Source: Mobula hypostoma (lineage: Eukaryota). From it: DNA of 64,000 nucleotides. Of this stretch, positions 1 to 12,787 are shown in pieces; the first letter of the stretch is position 1; each line of letters opens with the position of its first letter. Position numbers and translations under genes: made by a program. The notes under the pieces are model-generated. The model was not told the DNA's origin and did not search any database. It saw only the letters and a program-made list of their open reading frames with translations. The stretch is from positions 46,748,001 through 46,812,000 of the forward strand of contig NC_086119.1 of NCBI RefSeq assembly GCF_963921235.1. The letters run 5' to 3'.

Positions 1-570
1 AATATAGCCACTGCCTTGCCTTCTTTACAGCTGCATGGATATTCTGGGTCCAGATAGATCCTCAAAGATCTTGACACCCAAGAACTTGAAATCTCTCCAC
101 TTCTAATTCCTCTATGATGATTGGTTCGTGTTCCCTTGTCTCACCTTTCCTGAAATCCATAATTAACTCTTTCATCTTACTGATGTTGAGTGTAAGGTAG
201 TTACTGTGACACTACTCAACTAGCTGGTATATCTCACTCCTGTTCACCTTCTCATCTCCATCTGAGATTCTACCTACAACGGTTATTTCATCAGCAAATT
301 TATAGATGGTGCTTGAGCCATGCCCAGCCACACAGTCATGGGTATAGAGGGAGTAGAGCAGTGGGCTAAGCACACACCCCTGAGGTACACCACTAATATG
401 ACCAATCACACAGATTGGGGTCTTCCGGTTAGGAAGTTGAGGATCCGACTGCAGAGGCCCAAGTTCTGTAGCTTATCTATCAGGACTGTGGGAATGGTGG
501 TGCTAAATATTGAGCTATAGTCAACGAAAATCATCCTGACATAGATGTTTGTATTATTTGTAAATGACGG
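1..570 (-). mobile_element. Rex1/Babar-like LINE RT fragment
   Basis: ORFs with GVPQGCVLSPLLYSLYTHDC, KFADE and [11 protein letters not shown]. Confidence 0.85.
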
Positions 571-919
571 TAGGGTAAACGGGAAACTTATTTTCAAAAA
601 TCTGACGGAGTGAGAGAGAACAACAATCAGAGTTGTGGCAGTACCCAGCAGAATTTCTTAGGTAAAGATGGGCTGAAATTTCAAACACCAAACTAAAACA
701 ATTGATAAAACACCAAAATCAAATACTTATTTGCAGTTAAGGAGAACAAAATTATGACAGAATAGAGTCAATCTACATTTCAGTAATCTTATTGAAAAGT
801 AGATCTAGCATGGCAAACTGATTGGCTTATACCGGTATAATACTGAATAAACACTTGACACTCCATTTTGAATATAGTAGAATCCTGCATTACAAGGGGT
901 TACATTTCCAGGAACATTC

Positions 920-1152
920 CACTCCCTCCCTCTTTCCCCTTCCTCACTGCCTCCCCCATTCCTCACTCCCTCAATCCCACCCCCTTCCACTTCCTCACTA
1001 CCGCCTTCCTCACCGTCCCCTTCCCACCCACCCCTCCCTCCCCAAACTTCTCCCCCCCACCTTTCCCCTCACTCACTCCCTTCCCCTTTCCCCTCACTCA
1101 CTCCCTTCCCCTTTCCCCTCACTCACTCCCTTCCCCTCATTCGCTCCCCCCA
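920..1152. repeat. Polypyrimidine low-complexity tract (G-rich on the minus strand)
   Basis: nearly pure C/T with repeated ccctcactcactcccttcccctttc units. Confidence 0.9.
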
Positions 1153-1173
1153 GACAGGTGTCTCTGCACTTAC

Positions 1174-1980
1174 GGTCCGTGTCAGTTCGGCGGCCACGGC
1201 CGGGTGTCGGCTCGACCTCGGCCGGGTGTCTCGGCGCTCACGGCCCGGTGCCGGCCGGGTGTCTCGGCGCTCACGGCCCGGTGCCGGCTGGGTGTCTCGG
1301 CGCTCACGGCCCGGTGTCGGACGGGTGTCTCGGCGCTCACGGCCCGGTGTCGGCCGGGTGTCTCGGCGCTCACGGCCCGGTGTCGGCCGGGTGTCTCGGC
1401 GCTCACGGCCCGGTGTCGGACGGGTGTCTCGGCGCTCACGGCCCGGTGTCGGACGGGTGTCTCGGCGCTCACGGCCCGGTGTCGGACGGGTGTCTCGGCG
1501 CTCACGGCCCGGTGTCCGTTCGACCTCGACCGGCAACAGGACGAGTGAGCGATTTCTCGTCGCTCCGGCCCACCGTCAACACCTCGGCAGCCGCCAGGGG
1601 AGCAGAGAGACACACACACACATCCACCCCCTTCCTGAACAAGGCATTCATTCCTTAAAGTACAAACACGTTGAATTAGTTCCTTTGCTTCGGAAACCTA
1701 AGGACTATGCACATAATTCTGTGCGATTGCCTAAATAATTATTATTCTTAAACGGGGATCTTCCCTCTGCAACATTGTGGTACATTCCAATCACGGTCCT
1801 GGCCCCGCCCCCTGGTGGCGGACCGAGCAGATGGGCGGCCGATTGGAAGCGCCTCAGAAACAGGGTAAAAACATAATTATTGCCTTGGAAGAAAACTGTT
1901 TTCAAACTGACGTCGGGCTATGGAGCGCGAGTGACATGAATTGGGGTGCTGCGACGTTAGAGCGAAGCGCTGATTAATGC
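1174..1980 (-). promoter_or_regulatory. CpG-island promoter and probable non-coding first exon of a minus-strand gene
   Basis: dense CpG; GC box ccccgcccc ~1803-1812; CCAAT 1787-1791 and ATTGG 1842-1846; TGACGTC 1908-1914; minus-strand donor ACC|GTAAGT at 1173-1168. Confidence 0.6.
1220..1517. repeat. GC-rich 33-bp minisatellite, 9 copies
   Basis: unit cgggtgtctcggcgctcacggcccggtgtcgg(a/c); gives 11-aa periodicity in several frames. Confidence 0.95.
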
Positions 1981-2674
1981 TGAGTATGCCAACTTCCAGT
2001 GCTGCACTCTGCTGGCACTTGGCACAATGTCAGACGTGTAGGACTTAAGGTATTCAAATATTTAGTTTCTGGTTTGAGTAGTTTAGCCCTGGGTGTAGTC
2101 GCACGCAAGCATCAGTGTGTCTGCTGCTTCTGGGTGACTGTAGGTTCAAATTCCGGAAAACAGCGCCAGTTTTTAGATTCAGATTCATTATTTAATCACA
2201 TTTACATCGGAATATACAGTGAAAGGCGGCCACTTGCGTTAAACCCTCAACGCAACCTAAGGACGTGCTGCCAGCAGCCTGCAAGTATTGCTTCACATTC
2301 CGGTGCTAATGTTGCGTGCCCACCAAGCTGAACAGAACAAGACAAGCGCATTCAACCCTTGGACAGCCCTCCGATCACCAGAGCCTGGACTGGACTTTGC
2401 TTCTAAATCTGATGGCAGAGGGGAAGAAGCTGTTCTTAAAGCTTGAGTGAGAGTATTCAGGCTCCTGTACCTCCTTGATGGGAAGAGTGTTTGTCGTGAA
2501 TAGTGGGGGTCCTTAATGATGGATGCTGCCTTTTGAAAAATTTCCTTGATGGTGGGGAAGATAGTGCTCGTGATTGAGTTGGCTGAGTTTTCAGGTTTTT
2601 CTGATCCCGTGCATTGGCCTCGTCCGTACCAGACAGTGGTGCAACCAGTGCAACCATGCTCTCCGCGGTACATA

Positions 2675-3845
2675 AAACATAGGAACAGAATTAGGCCGTT
2701 CGGCCCATTGAGTCTGCTGCGCCATTCCATCAGGGCTGATTCCCAATCCCACTAAACCCCATACAGCTGCCTTCTCACCACAACCCCTGATCCCCCAACC
2801 GATCAGGAAACCATCAGCTTCCGCATTAAGTATACCCACAGACCTGGCCCCCACTGCAGTTTGTGGCAGAGCATTCCACAAGTTCACCACCCCCTGGCCA
2901 AAAACATTCCTCCCTGCCTCCGCTCCAAAAGGTCACCCCTCAACTCTGATGCTGCCCCCCAACCCCGGATATCCACACCCCAAGAGACATCCTCTCCACA
3001 TCCACCACATCCAGTGCCCCCAACACCTGGTAGGCCTCAATGAGATCTTCCAGTACCCCTCCAAACTCCAGTGAGCACAGGCCAAACGCTCCCCACATGT
3101 TAACCCCCTCACTCCCAGAATCTTCGCTGCAAACCTGTCCTGGACTCTCCCCAGCAACAACACATCCCCTCCTAGAATTGAGTACCCCTCCAAACTCCAG
3201 TGAGCACAGGCCCAAAGCTGCCAAACAATCCCCACATGTTAACCCCCCCCACTTCTGGAATCAACCCCGCGAACCTCCCCAGACACTCCCCAACAATGAC
3301 ACATTCCCTCCTAGATTTGGATCCAAAACTGTCGCCAATACTCCAAGTGTGGCCCAACCACAAAGCCTCAACACCACCTCCCTGCCTCTACATTCTACTC
3401 TCCCTGAAACAAATGCAAACATTGCACCCGCTCCCTCCCCCCAACCAACCACCACAGACCCAACCCTCCGGGAGTCACGCACAGGGACTCCCAAGTCCTT
3501 CTGCACCTCTGATGTTTGAACCTTCTCAAATGGACCAGGATAGACAGAGGAGATGTGATGTACTTGGATTTCATAAGGCCTTTCACAAGGTGCCACACAT
3601 GAAAGCTGCTGAAGAAGCTAAGAGCCCATAGTTTAACTCGAGTGAGTGGAAGATTGGCTGATCAGCACAAGGCAAAGCAAATAAAGGGAGCCTGTTTTGG
3701 TTAGCTGCTGGTGGTGTTCCAGAGGGGCTAGTATTGGGACTGTTTCTTTTCACGTTGTATTGCAACGATTTGGTTGATGGACTTGATGGCTTTGTGGCCA
3801 AGTTTGCAGGCAATGATGCAAAGACTGGTGGAGGGGCAGGTAGTG
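2675..3845 (-). mobile_element. CR1-type LINE 3' end (minus, 2675-3530) with adjoining inverted RT piece (plus, 3545-3845)
   Basis: VNLWNALPQTAV and EVQKDLGV on minus; YLDFxKAFxKVPH on plus; internal tandem duplication at 3052/3181. Confidence 0.85.
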
Positions 3846-4520
3846 TTATGTCTGTATAACTACACATCAATTAAAATAAAAGCACACGTGGATGGCTTTA
3901 ACTGGTGTACTGTATTCACATTGCAAGGAGAGAGAGAGACAGAGATCAATGCAATACGTAGACAGCAGATCAATGCGCTTGGGTAAGTTATCAGTCCAGA
4001 CGCAGTGTTAAGGGGAGTCATTGCTCTACAAGAATGTGAACCATACATTACACTTCCTCCCCTTTTAGATTAATGTAACAATAAACTGTATATATGACAA
4101 AACATTCAATTTCCCTTCAACAAACCATATTCAAATAAACATGCTTTCACAATAACAGTCCATAACTAACTTCACTATACCAGAGAGTCGGTCTTTTGGG
4201 TGACGCTGGGTTTCTTTCAGGATAGCACCTTTGGACTGGTGGAGTGACTTCAGGTATGGTCACTTCCTCTGTTTCAGGCATCACATTGTTGTTAGTGACA
4301 TGATCGTTACTGAGAGGTAAGTCTGGTGGGTGTAATGTGTCCATCTTGTTGGATGCAGCCAACTCGGGTGTGTTCTTCGGCTGAGCATCCAGTACCTGGT
4401 CCACATGACGTCCCCGTGTATGATCGCCAACATCCACTGTGTACATCAGTGGTCCAGATCTTGTGCTTTCCCACCGGGTGTCCACTTGTCTTCTTGGTAA
4501 TCACGCGCTAGGACTTCCTG
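3844..4520 (-). mobile_element. Gypsy-type LTR retrotransposon 3' remnant (LTR 3844-4052, PPT, integrase tail)
   Basis: TG...CA bounded segment, adjacent polypurine tract (minus AAAAGGGGAGGAAG), ORF GPLMYTVDV...RHVDQV...YPERN. Confidence 0.7.
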
Positions 4521-4854
4521 CCCAACCTTGAAGCTCCTTGCTGATTCACTTGGCATCTGGCTGAACTGTTGATTTGGCATCTATTGAAATTGACTGCAGT
4601 CTTTGTTGACGTGCCAAATCTCAACTAATCCCAGCTTCCTCATTCCTTATGTGGATGCTGCACGTACTGATGTGAGTGGTCTTGGATTCCATTTTCATCT
4701 GGGTTTTGCTGTTAAGACTGTTCCCATGTCTAACTCTCTAAAACTTTGCAGCTTATTGCTCTACTTGACTTTTTGGCAGCACTCCATGTTCCCATAAAGC
4801 TTGTTCGGAAGCTTGATATTTGATATCTGTAAATGTGAGAAACAAAATTACAGT

Positions 4855-6050
4855 AATAGAGCTCTAAACCACAGGATCAGGCCCTCTGCCCCATCTAGTC
4901 TGTATCAGACTGGTCTTCTGCCTTGTTGCAAATCCTGCAACTGAACCATTTGCATTCGATACCTCTCTTACCCACGTACACATCCAAATTATCCTATCCT
5001 AACCTATTTAACCTTTCCTTACAACTCAGTTCCTCGAGTCCCAGCAATATACTTCCACATTTTCTCTGCACTCTTTCAATCTAACTGATACCTTTCTTGT
5101 AGGTACGTAACCAGAAATGCACACACTACTCTAAATTTGGCCTCACAAATCTCTTATAAAACTTCAACATAAATCCCAACTTCTGAACTCAAAGTCATGA
5201 TTTTTGAAGACCAATGTGCCAAAAGCTTTCTTTATGACCCCATCATGACACCACTTTCCACAAATTATGGATCTGCATTTCCAGGGCTCTCTGTTCTATT
5301 GCTTAACTCAGTGCCCTACCATTAACTGTATTACCCTGGTTTGTCCTGCCAAGGTACAACACCTCACACTTGTCTGCATTGAATTTCATCTCCTATTTTC
5401 AGCCCTTTTTCCATTTAATCCAAATCGCTTTGTAAGCTTTGATGACCTTCCTCATTGTCTACTACACTCCCAGTCTTGGTGTCACCTGCAAACTTGCTGT
5501 CCAGTTTACCACATTATTGTCTAAGTCGCTAATGTAGATGATAACATCGGACCCAGTACAGATCCCTGTAGCACACATTTAGTCACAGGTCTCAAGTTGG
5601 AGAGATAACCACCCTCTGGATTCATACATAGAACAATACAGTACAGGAACAGGCCATTCAGCCCACAGTGTTGTGGTGAACCAGCTAAAAAGCAGATCAA
5701 AAACACCCAAACACTAATCCCTCCTACCTACTCCATGTCCATATCCCTCCATCTTCCTTATATCCATGTGCCTATCCAAATGTCACTTAAAAGCCTCTAA
5801 TGTATTTCCCTCTACCATCATACCAGGCAGCGCATTCTATGCATCCATCATTATTGGATGTCAATATTGAATCCATTTGACTATTTCATTCTGAATGCCA
5901 TGTGACTTAGCCATCTGAACCAGCGTCCCATGCAGGATTGTCAAATGCCTTGCTAAATTCCATGTAGATAATGTCCACCACTTTTTCTCATCATCCTCCA
6001 TGATAAACTCTGTGAGATTTGTTAGATGTGACCTGCACTGCACAAAGCAT
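4855..6050 (-). mobile_element. Degraded CR1 LINE fragments
   Basis: VLQGSVLGP and SHLTNLTEF motifs in minus-strand ORFs. Confidence 0.8.
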
Positions 6051-6051
6051 A

Positions 6052-6442
6052 CTCTATACTTTATACTTTATTGTTGCCAAACAATTGATACTAGAATGTA
6101 CAATCATCACAGCGATAATTGATTCTGCGCTTCCCACTCCCTGGATTACAAATATTAAATATTAAAAATAGTAAAAATGAGTAAATATTAAAAATTTAAA
6201 TTATAAATCATAAATAGAAAATAGAAAAATGGAAAATAAGGTAGTGTAAAAAAACCGAGAGGCAGGTCCGGATATTTGGAGGGTACAGCCCAGATCCGGG
6301 TCAGGATCCATTCAGCAGTCTTATCACAGTTGGAAAGAAGCTGTTCCCAAATCTGGCCATACAAGTCTTCAAGCTCCTGAGCCTTCTCCCAGAGGGAACA
6401 GGGATGAAAAGTGTATTGGCTGGGTGGGTTGTGTCCTTGGTT
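6052..6442 (-). mobile_element. LINE 3' tail (Rex1/L2-like); close copy at 15352-15705 (+)
   Basis: HPANTLFIPVPSGRRLRSLKT...SFFPTVIRLLN; reverse-complement match to 15352-15705. Confidence 0.8.
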
Positions 6443-6651
6443 ACTATCTTATATATTCTTTTCTTTGGAATATCTTCCAATAATTTAACTACAACTGACA
6501 TCAGGCTCTCTAGTTTATCATTTTTCTATTTATTCTTAGTGCTTTTCTTAAACAGTGGAACATTTGCTATCCTCCTGTCCTCTGGCTAAGGACATTTCCT
6601 CCTGTGGCTAAGGACATTTTAAATATTTTGCCAAACTCCTGCAATTTCTGA

Positions 6652-8880
6652 ACACAAAATACTCTGCAGATGCTGGGGTCAAAGCAACACGCACAACACA
6701 ATGGAGGAACTCAGCAGATTGGACAGCACCCTTGGAAACGAACAGTCAACTTTTCTGGCCAAGACCCTTCGTCAGAACTGAAGAGGGAAGGGGCAGGGCC
6801 CTATAAGGAAAGTAGGGGAGGGTGGGAAGGAGAAGGCTGGTAGGTCCAGGTGAAAAACCAGTAAGGGGAAAGATCAAGGGGTGGGAGAGGGGAAGCAGGG
6901 AGATGATAGGCAGGAAAGATGAAGAAGGAATAGGGGAAAACACAATGGGTAGTAGAAGGAGGCAGAACCATGAGGGAGGTGATAGGCAGCTGGGGGAGGG
7001 GGCAGAGTGAAACTGGGATGGGGGAAGGGAGGGGAAGGGGATTACCGGAAGTTGGAGAATTCAATGTTCATGCCAACGGGCTGGAGACTACCCGGACGGT
7101 ATATGAGGTGTTGCTCCTCCAACCTGAGTTTAGCCTCATCATGGCAGTAGAGGAGGCCATGTATGGACATATCCGAATGGGAATGGGAAGCAGAGTGAAG
7201 TGGGTGGCTACCGGGAGATCCTGTCTGTTGTGGCGGACGGAGTGGAGGTGCTCGACGAAGCAGTCCCCCAATCTGTGTCGGGTTTCACCGATGTAGAGGA
7301 GGCCGCACCGGGAGCACCGGATGCAATAGATGACCCCAACAGACTCACAAGTGAAGTGTCGCCTCACCTGAAAGGACTGTTTGGGGCCCTGAATGGTGGT
7401 GAGAGAGGAGGTGTAGGGACAGGTGTAGCACTTACGCTTACAGGGATAAGTGCCGGGTGGGAGATCCGTGGGGAGGGACGTGTGGACCAGGGAGTTGCGG
7501 AGGGAACGATCCCTGTGGAAAGCAGAGAGGGGTGGAGAGGGAACGATATGCTTAGTAGTGGGGTCCTGTTGAAGGTGGTGGAAGTTGTGGAGGATAATGT
7601 GCTGGATCTGGAGACTGGTGGGGTGATAGGTGAGGACAAGGGGAACTCTGTCCCTGTTGTGGTGACGGGAGGATGGGGTGAGGGGCAAAGTGCGGGAAAT
7701 GGAGGAGATGCGGGTGAGGGCATCATTGATGACGGCAGAAAAGAAACCATGATCTTTAAAGAAAGAGGACATTTGAGATGTCCTGGAACAGAAAGCCTCA
7801 TCCTGGGAGCAGATACGGCAGAGACGGAGGAACTGGAAATAGAGAATAGCATTTTTGCATGTGGCAGGGTGGGAAGAGGTATAATCGAGGTAGTTATGAG
7901 AGTCAGTGGGCTTGTAGAAGATGTCAGTGGACAGTCTGTCTCCAGAGATGGAGACTGAGAGATCGAGAAAGGGGAGAGAAGTGTCCGAGATGGACCAAGT
8001 GAATTTGAGGGCTGGGTGGAAGTTAGAAGCAAAGTCGATGAAATTGACGAGCTCAGCATGGGTGCAGGAAGCAGCACCAATGTGGTTGCCAATGTTGCGA
8101 AGGAAAAGTTGGGGAGCAGTACCAGTATCATTTGGAGTATAGACTGTTCCACATAACCAACAAAGAGGCAGACATAGTTGGGGCCCATGCGAGTGCCCAC
8201 AGCTACACCCTTGGTCTGAAGAAAGTGGGAAGAGCCAAAAGAAAAGTTATTAAGTGTGAGTACCAGTTCCGCCAACCGGAGGAGGGTGGTGGTGTTGGGG
8301 AACTGGTGAGGTCTATTGTCCAGAAAGTAGCGGAGGGCTTTGAGGCCTTCTTGATGGGGAATGGAAGTGTATAAGGATTGGACGTCCATAGTGAAAATGA
8401 AGCAGTCGGGACCGGGGAACTGGAAGTTATTGAAGAGGTGGAGGGCATGGGATGTATCCCGGATGTAGGTGGGGAGGGACTGAAGTATGGGTGTCAAAAT
8501 GGAGTCTAAGTAGGCAGATACAAGTTCGGTGGGGCAGAAGCAGGCAGAAACTATTGGTCTACCGGGACAGTCAGGCTTATGGATCTTGGAGATGAGGTAA
8601 AATCGAGCAGTGCGGTGTGTGGGAATTATGAGTTTTGTGGCTGAGGATGGAAGGTCTCTGGAGTTGATAAGGGCAGTGATGGTACGGGAGACAATGGTTT
8701 GATGTTTTTTGGTGGGGTCCTGTTCCAGGGGTAAGTAAGAGGAGGTGTCAGAGAGCTGTCGTTTGGCCTCAGTGAGGTAGAGGTCCATCCACCAGACTAC
8801 TACAGCACCACCTTTGCAGATTTGATGGTGAGGTTGGGATGAGTGCGGAGAGAGTGGAGGGCAGTGTGTTCAGAGGGAGT
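6652..8880 (-). mobile_element. Penelope-like retroelement (RT + GIY-YIG endonuclease), frameshifted
   Basis: ORF 7364-8788 KIHKPDCPGRPIVS...TMDVQSLYTSIP...QTKGVAVGT; ORF 7068-7772 VIYCIRCSRCGLLYIGET. Confidence 0.93.
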
Positions 8881-8899
8881 GAGGTATGACTGGTGGAAT

Positions 8900-9680
8900 T
8901 TTCAGAGTCAAACGATGCAGTTGGACACTGACAGAATTTTTCAGTTACGTTCAGGAAAGTTTTCTTTATCAATATACAGTATATAGGTCTTAACTAGAGA
9001 GAGAGAGCAATATCGGATGTCCAATTAGTGGACGAGATAGGCAAGGTGACAGAAATGTATGTAGGGGAATACTTTGGATCCAGTGATCGTAATTCCACTA
9101 GATTCAAGATAATTATGGAGAAGGATAGGACTAGTCCTCAGGTTGAGATTCTAAATTGGAGAAAGGTATCAGAAAGGACCTGGTAGGCATGGATTGGATA
9201 TGTTGTTTTCTGGCAAAGGGATGTCTGGTAAGTGGGAGACCTTCAAAAGTGAAGTTTCGAGTGCAGAGTCTGTATGTTCGAATAAAAGGCAAGATTAAAA
9301 GGTTTAAGGAACCTTGGTTTTTGAGGGATATTGAGGCCCTAGTTAACAAGAAGAAGAAGGTGCATAGCAGGAATGAGCAGCAAAGGAACAATTTAGGCTT
9401 TAGAGGAGTATAAGAAATGCGAGCGGGAAATCAGGAGGGCTAAAAGAAGGCATGAGGTTGTTCTGACAGACAAGGTGAAGGAGAATTCCGAGGGCTTCTG
9501 CAGATATATTAGGAGCAAAAGGATAGTAAGGGATAAAATTGATTCACATAAACATAAGTGTGGTCATTGATGCATGGAATAGAAAGAAATCCGGAAATCT
9601 TAAATGGATTGTTTGTATCTGTATTTACTTAGGCAATGGACACAGAGTCTACGGAAATGAGGCAAAGCAGCAGCAGGAGA
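8900..9680 (+). mobile_element. CR1 LINE ORF2 fragment (endonuclease-RT linker)
   Basis: GSSDxNS...F and REPWF-like segments with multiple stops. Confidence 0.75.
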
Positions 9681-10480
9681 GATTGCGCAAACAACAACTG
9701 TTGCCCAGTACTTCACCAGTTGCAGCTTTATGAGAGAGAGGCAAAGAGAACGCCACTGTTGAAAAAAAACTCACCCATGAAATCTTGGCTGGAAAAAGGT
9801 TCTATGGTCTGATGAAACCAAAGTTGAGCTTTTTGGCCATCAGACTAAACACTATGTTTGGTGTGAAGGCAGAGGGTAAAATGAATACAGCAAAATACAG
9901 GGAAATCCTGGAGGAAATCCTGATGCAGTCAGCAAGAGAATTGCGACTTGGGAGAAGATTTGTTTTCCAGCAAGACAATGACCCCAAGCGCAAAGCCAAA
10001 GCTATACAAGAATGGCTTAAAAACAACAAAGTTAATGTCCTGGAGTGACCAAGTCAGAGTCCAGACCTCAATCCAATTGAGAATTTGTGATTGGACTTGA
10101 AAAGAGTTGTTCACTCACGATCCCCGTGCAATCTAACAGAGCTTGAGCGGTTTTGTACGGAAGAATGGGGGAAAATTGCAGTGTTCAGATATGCAAAGCT
10201 GGTAGAGACCTATTCCCACGGACTCAAGGCTGTAATTGCTGTCAAAGGTGCACCTACTAAATACTGACTTAAGGGGGGTGAGTAATTATGCAATCAATTA
10301 TTTTGTGTTTCATAATTGTAATAAGTTTAGATCAATTTGTGGAAATTTGTTTTCACTTTGATGTGAAAGAGTCTTTTCTGCTGATCAGTGTCAAAAAAGA
10401 AAAATCCACTGTGATTCAGTGTTGTAAAACAATGAAACATGAAAACTTTCAAAGGGGGTGAATACTTATTATAGGCACTG
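9680..10480 (+). mobile_element. Tc1/mariner transposon 3' part with right TIR, defective
   Basis: FQQDNDPKR, then stop-interrupted WPSQSPDLNPIENLW; terminus gggggtgaatacttattataggcactg|TA. Confidence 0.9.
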
Positions 10481-11129
10481 TATATACATATATTATGTTA
10501 AAATGGTTGTGGTGATGGTAGTGTAGTGGGTAGTTGTTGTCCCTCTCACTTTCAGCTTCCACCGCTAGCTAGCAGTCTTGTGAAAAGGAGAGTCTCTCCC
10601 AGCCAGCACATAGCCTCTCCAACAGCAAGCCTCTTGACATGTCTCCTCGCTGGCAACACACAGAAACTGAGCTCCTTTTGGACTCAGGTTGAACTACAGG
10701 GGACGGGGAGGAGGTCTGGCCCTTTTGCACGTATCATGCTGGCCACCGGTGTGTGAACACACCCCGGTGCTTATGAACCAGATCCCCAGCTATGGGTAAA
10801 TAGACCGACTGCCTTGTGGGCAGCCTCGGGAGAGACAAAGGCTACGGGAGTAAACCCAGACAGCAAACCTGGAGTGGAGCCCCTAAGGCGGCTGGATGCC
10901 ATTGAACATCCTTCCAGCAGCTCCTGCAGCTAAGCTGGTGCCAAACATATTGCTTCATAAGCTTTCCTTTGGACTACAGGGGTGAGGCCGAGAGGGAGAT
11001 CTTGACAAATGGGCATCTCAGGATCTCTGTACCTTCCACCCAGGCCTGTAATAATGATCATCATGACCCATTGTCCTTTGATACAGATGGATGCCAACCA
11101 ACCATATGTATATACATTAAATAGTTAAA

Positions 11130-11760
11130 TTAATAGGTAGTGCAAAAATAAAAATAAAGAAGTAGTGAAGTATGTTTCACAGGTTTAATGCCCATTCAGA
11201 AAGCTGATACTGAACTGTTGAGTGTGTACCTTCCAGCTTCTGTACCTCCTTCCTAATGGTAGCAAAGAAAACAAGGCATGTCCTGGGTGATGGGGGTTAT
11301 TAATGATGGATGCCATTTTTTTGAGGTGTCGCTCCTGGATACTACGGAGGCCAGTGGCCATGATGGAGCCAACTAAGTTTACAGCTCTCTGCAGCTTATT
11401 TCAATCCTCTACCATAGCCTACCGCATGCACCCCCCCCCCCCCATGCCAGACGGTGATGCAGCCAGTTAGAATACTCTCTATGGTACATCTACAGAAGTT
11501 TGCAAGTGTTTTTGGTAACATACCAAATCTCCTCAAACACCTGATGAAATAAAGCCACTGTCTTGCCTCCTTTGCTGCTGCATCAACATGTTGGGTCCAG
11601 GTTAGATCTTCAGAGATACTGGCACTCAGGAGCTTGAAATAACACACTCTTTCCACATCTGACCCCTCTCTGAGGACTGGAGTGTGTTCCCTCATCTTAC
11701 CCTTTCTGAAGTCCACAATGAGTTCTTTAATCTTGCTGACTTCGAGTGCGAAGGTGGTGT
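11130..11760 (-). mobile_element. Rex1/Babar-like LINE 3' fragment
   Basis: DFRKGK...ISEDLTW...LYFIRCLRRFG...ESILTGCITVW. Confidence 0.85.
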
Positions 11761-12321
11761 GTACTTCTCATATGAGACCACTGATAACAGTAAGTTCCAC
11801 TGAAACTGCATTGATAACATTTATCAATGAAATAACCAGGTTCAAGCCACTGAAACCAAGAAGTTTCCAGAATAATATAGAAGCAACTGGAACCACTGAA
11901 AAACTCACTCAGCAATTACATGTGATTATATAAAAATGTAAGTATCTCAATGTGTACTTAAGAATGTATAAAAAATTGTAGTTTTATACATATAAAAAAA
12001 TGGAAAAGGTTATATGTGTGAAAAAAGTACATGATAATTGTGAATTCCTTATCCAAATAAAAATAAAATTAAAAAAAAATGTAAGTAAGCATAAGAAAGC
12101 TAAACTGCAAGAAAAATAATAGATCTACAGCCCAACCTAACCCTGTTCTTTTAGTCCGGATGCGGAAACCCAAAATGTCAACTCTCCATTTCCCTCCACA
12201 GATGCTGCATTTTCATTAATAAGTTTTTGGATTAATAACATTTAAATTATCGTGAGTAATTTCCGGTATCATGAGGACGAGAGAGGTGCTTTAGTCTCTC
12301 CCTAGCTTATTTTATTTAGGC

Positions 12322-12515
12322 TGGCCGGCGTTGTAGTGGCATCCGCAAAGAACTTTGAGGCAAGTGGTCTCAGGTTTGAATCTGACGGGCTCCTTGCACG
12401 CTTCCATCCGTGCTGGGCTGAGCATTGAGCTAGTAACTTGGCCTTATTAAAAAACAGACAGAAGTGCAAGGCTGCTGCCTGAAGAACCGCAAGGTGTGGA
12501 AAGGAACAAAACAAC
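12322..12515 (+). mobile_element. tRNA-derived SINE
   Basis: A-box-like gtagtgg and B-box-like ggtttgaatc followed by an A-rich tail. Confidence 0.55.
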
Positions 12516-12787
12516 TTATTTTACTTCGGGTGAACAGTAATGTATTCAGTGGTGTGCCTTTAATTTGTAAATATTCTAATACTCGTTCCTGATGTCACCA
12601 TTTTCTCTGTGGCATTTGCTTAATTCTGTGTTTATTCTCTTATAATCATGTTTCTTTTTTAAGAACATAAAGCATAGAACAGTACTGCACCATACAGGCC
12701 CTTCAGCCCACAATGTTGTGCCGACTTTATAACCTACTGTAAGATCAATTTAACTTTTCTCACCTACGTAACCCTTTATTTTTTCTC

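Noticed and set aside
822-1738. Several long overlapping ORFs with 11-aa repeats
   Set aside because: They are by-products of a stop-poor GC-rich 33-bp array and a C/T tract, are open in many frames, and show no domain signal.
3040-3631. Pro/Ser/Thr-rich ORFs resembling a mucin
   Set aside because: They are antisense to a CR1 fragment whose T>C skew removed stops and enriched Pro codons.
7200-7958. 252-aa plus-strand ORF
   Set aside because: Antisense shadow of the Penelope ORF with no independent motif.
9785-10048. Active Tc1 transposase
   Set aside because: N-terminal half missing, internal deletion, and TGA in place of conserved Trp codons.
12322-12400. tRNA gene
   Set aside because: Only degenerate A/B boxes with no closing cloverleaf; it is a SINE head.
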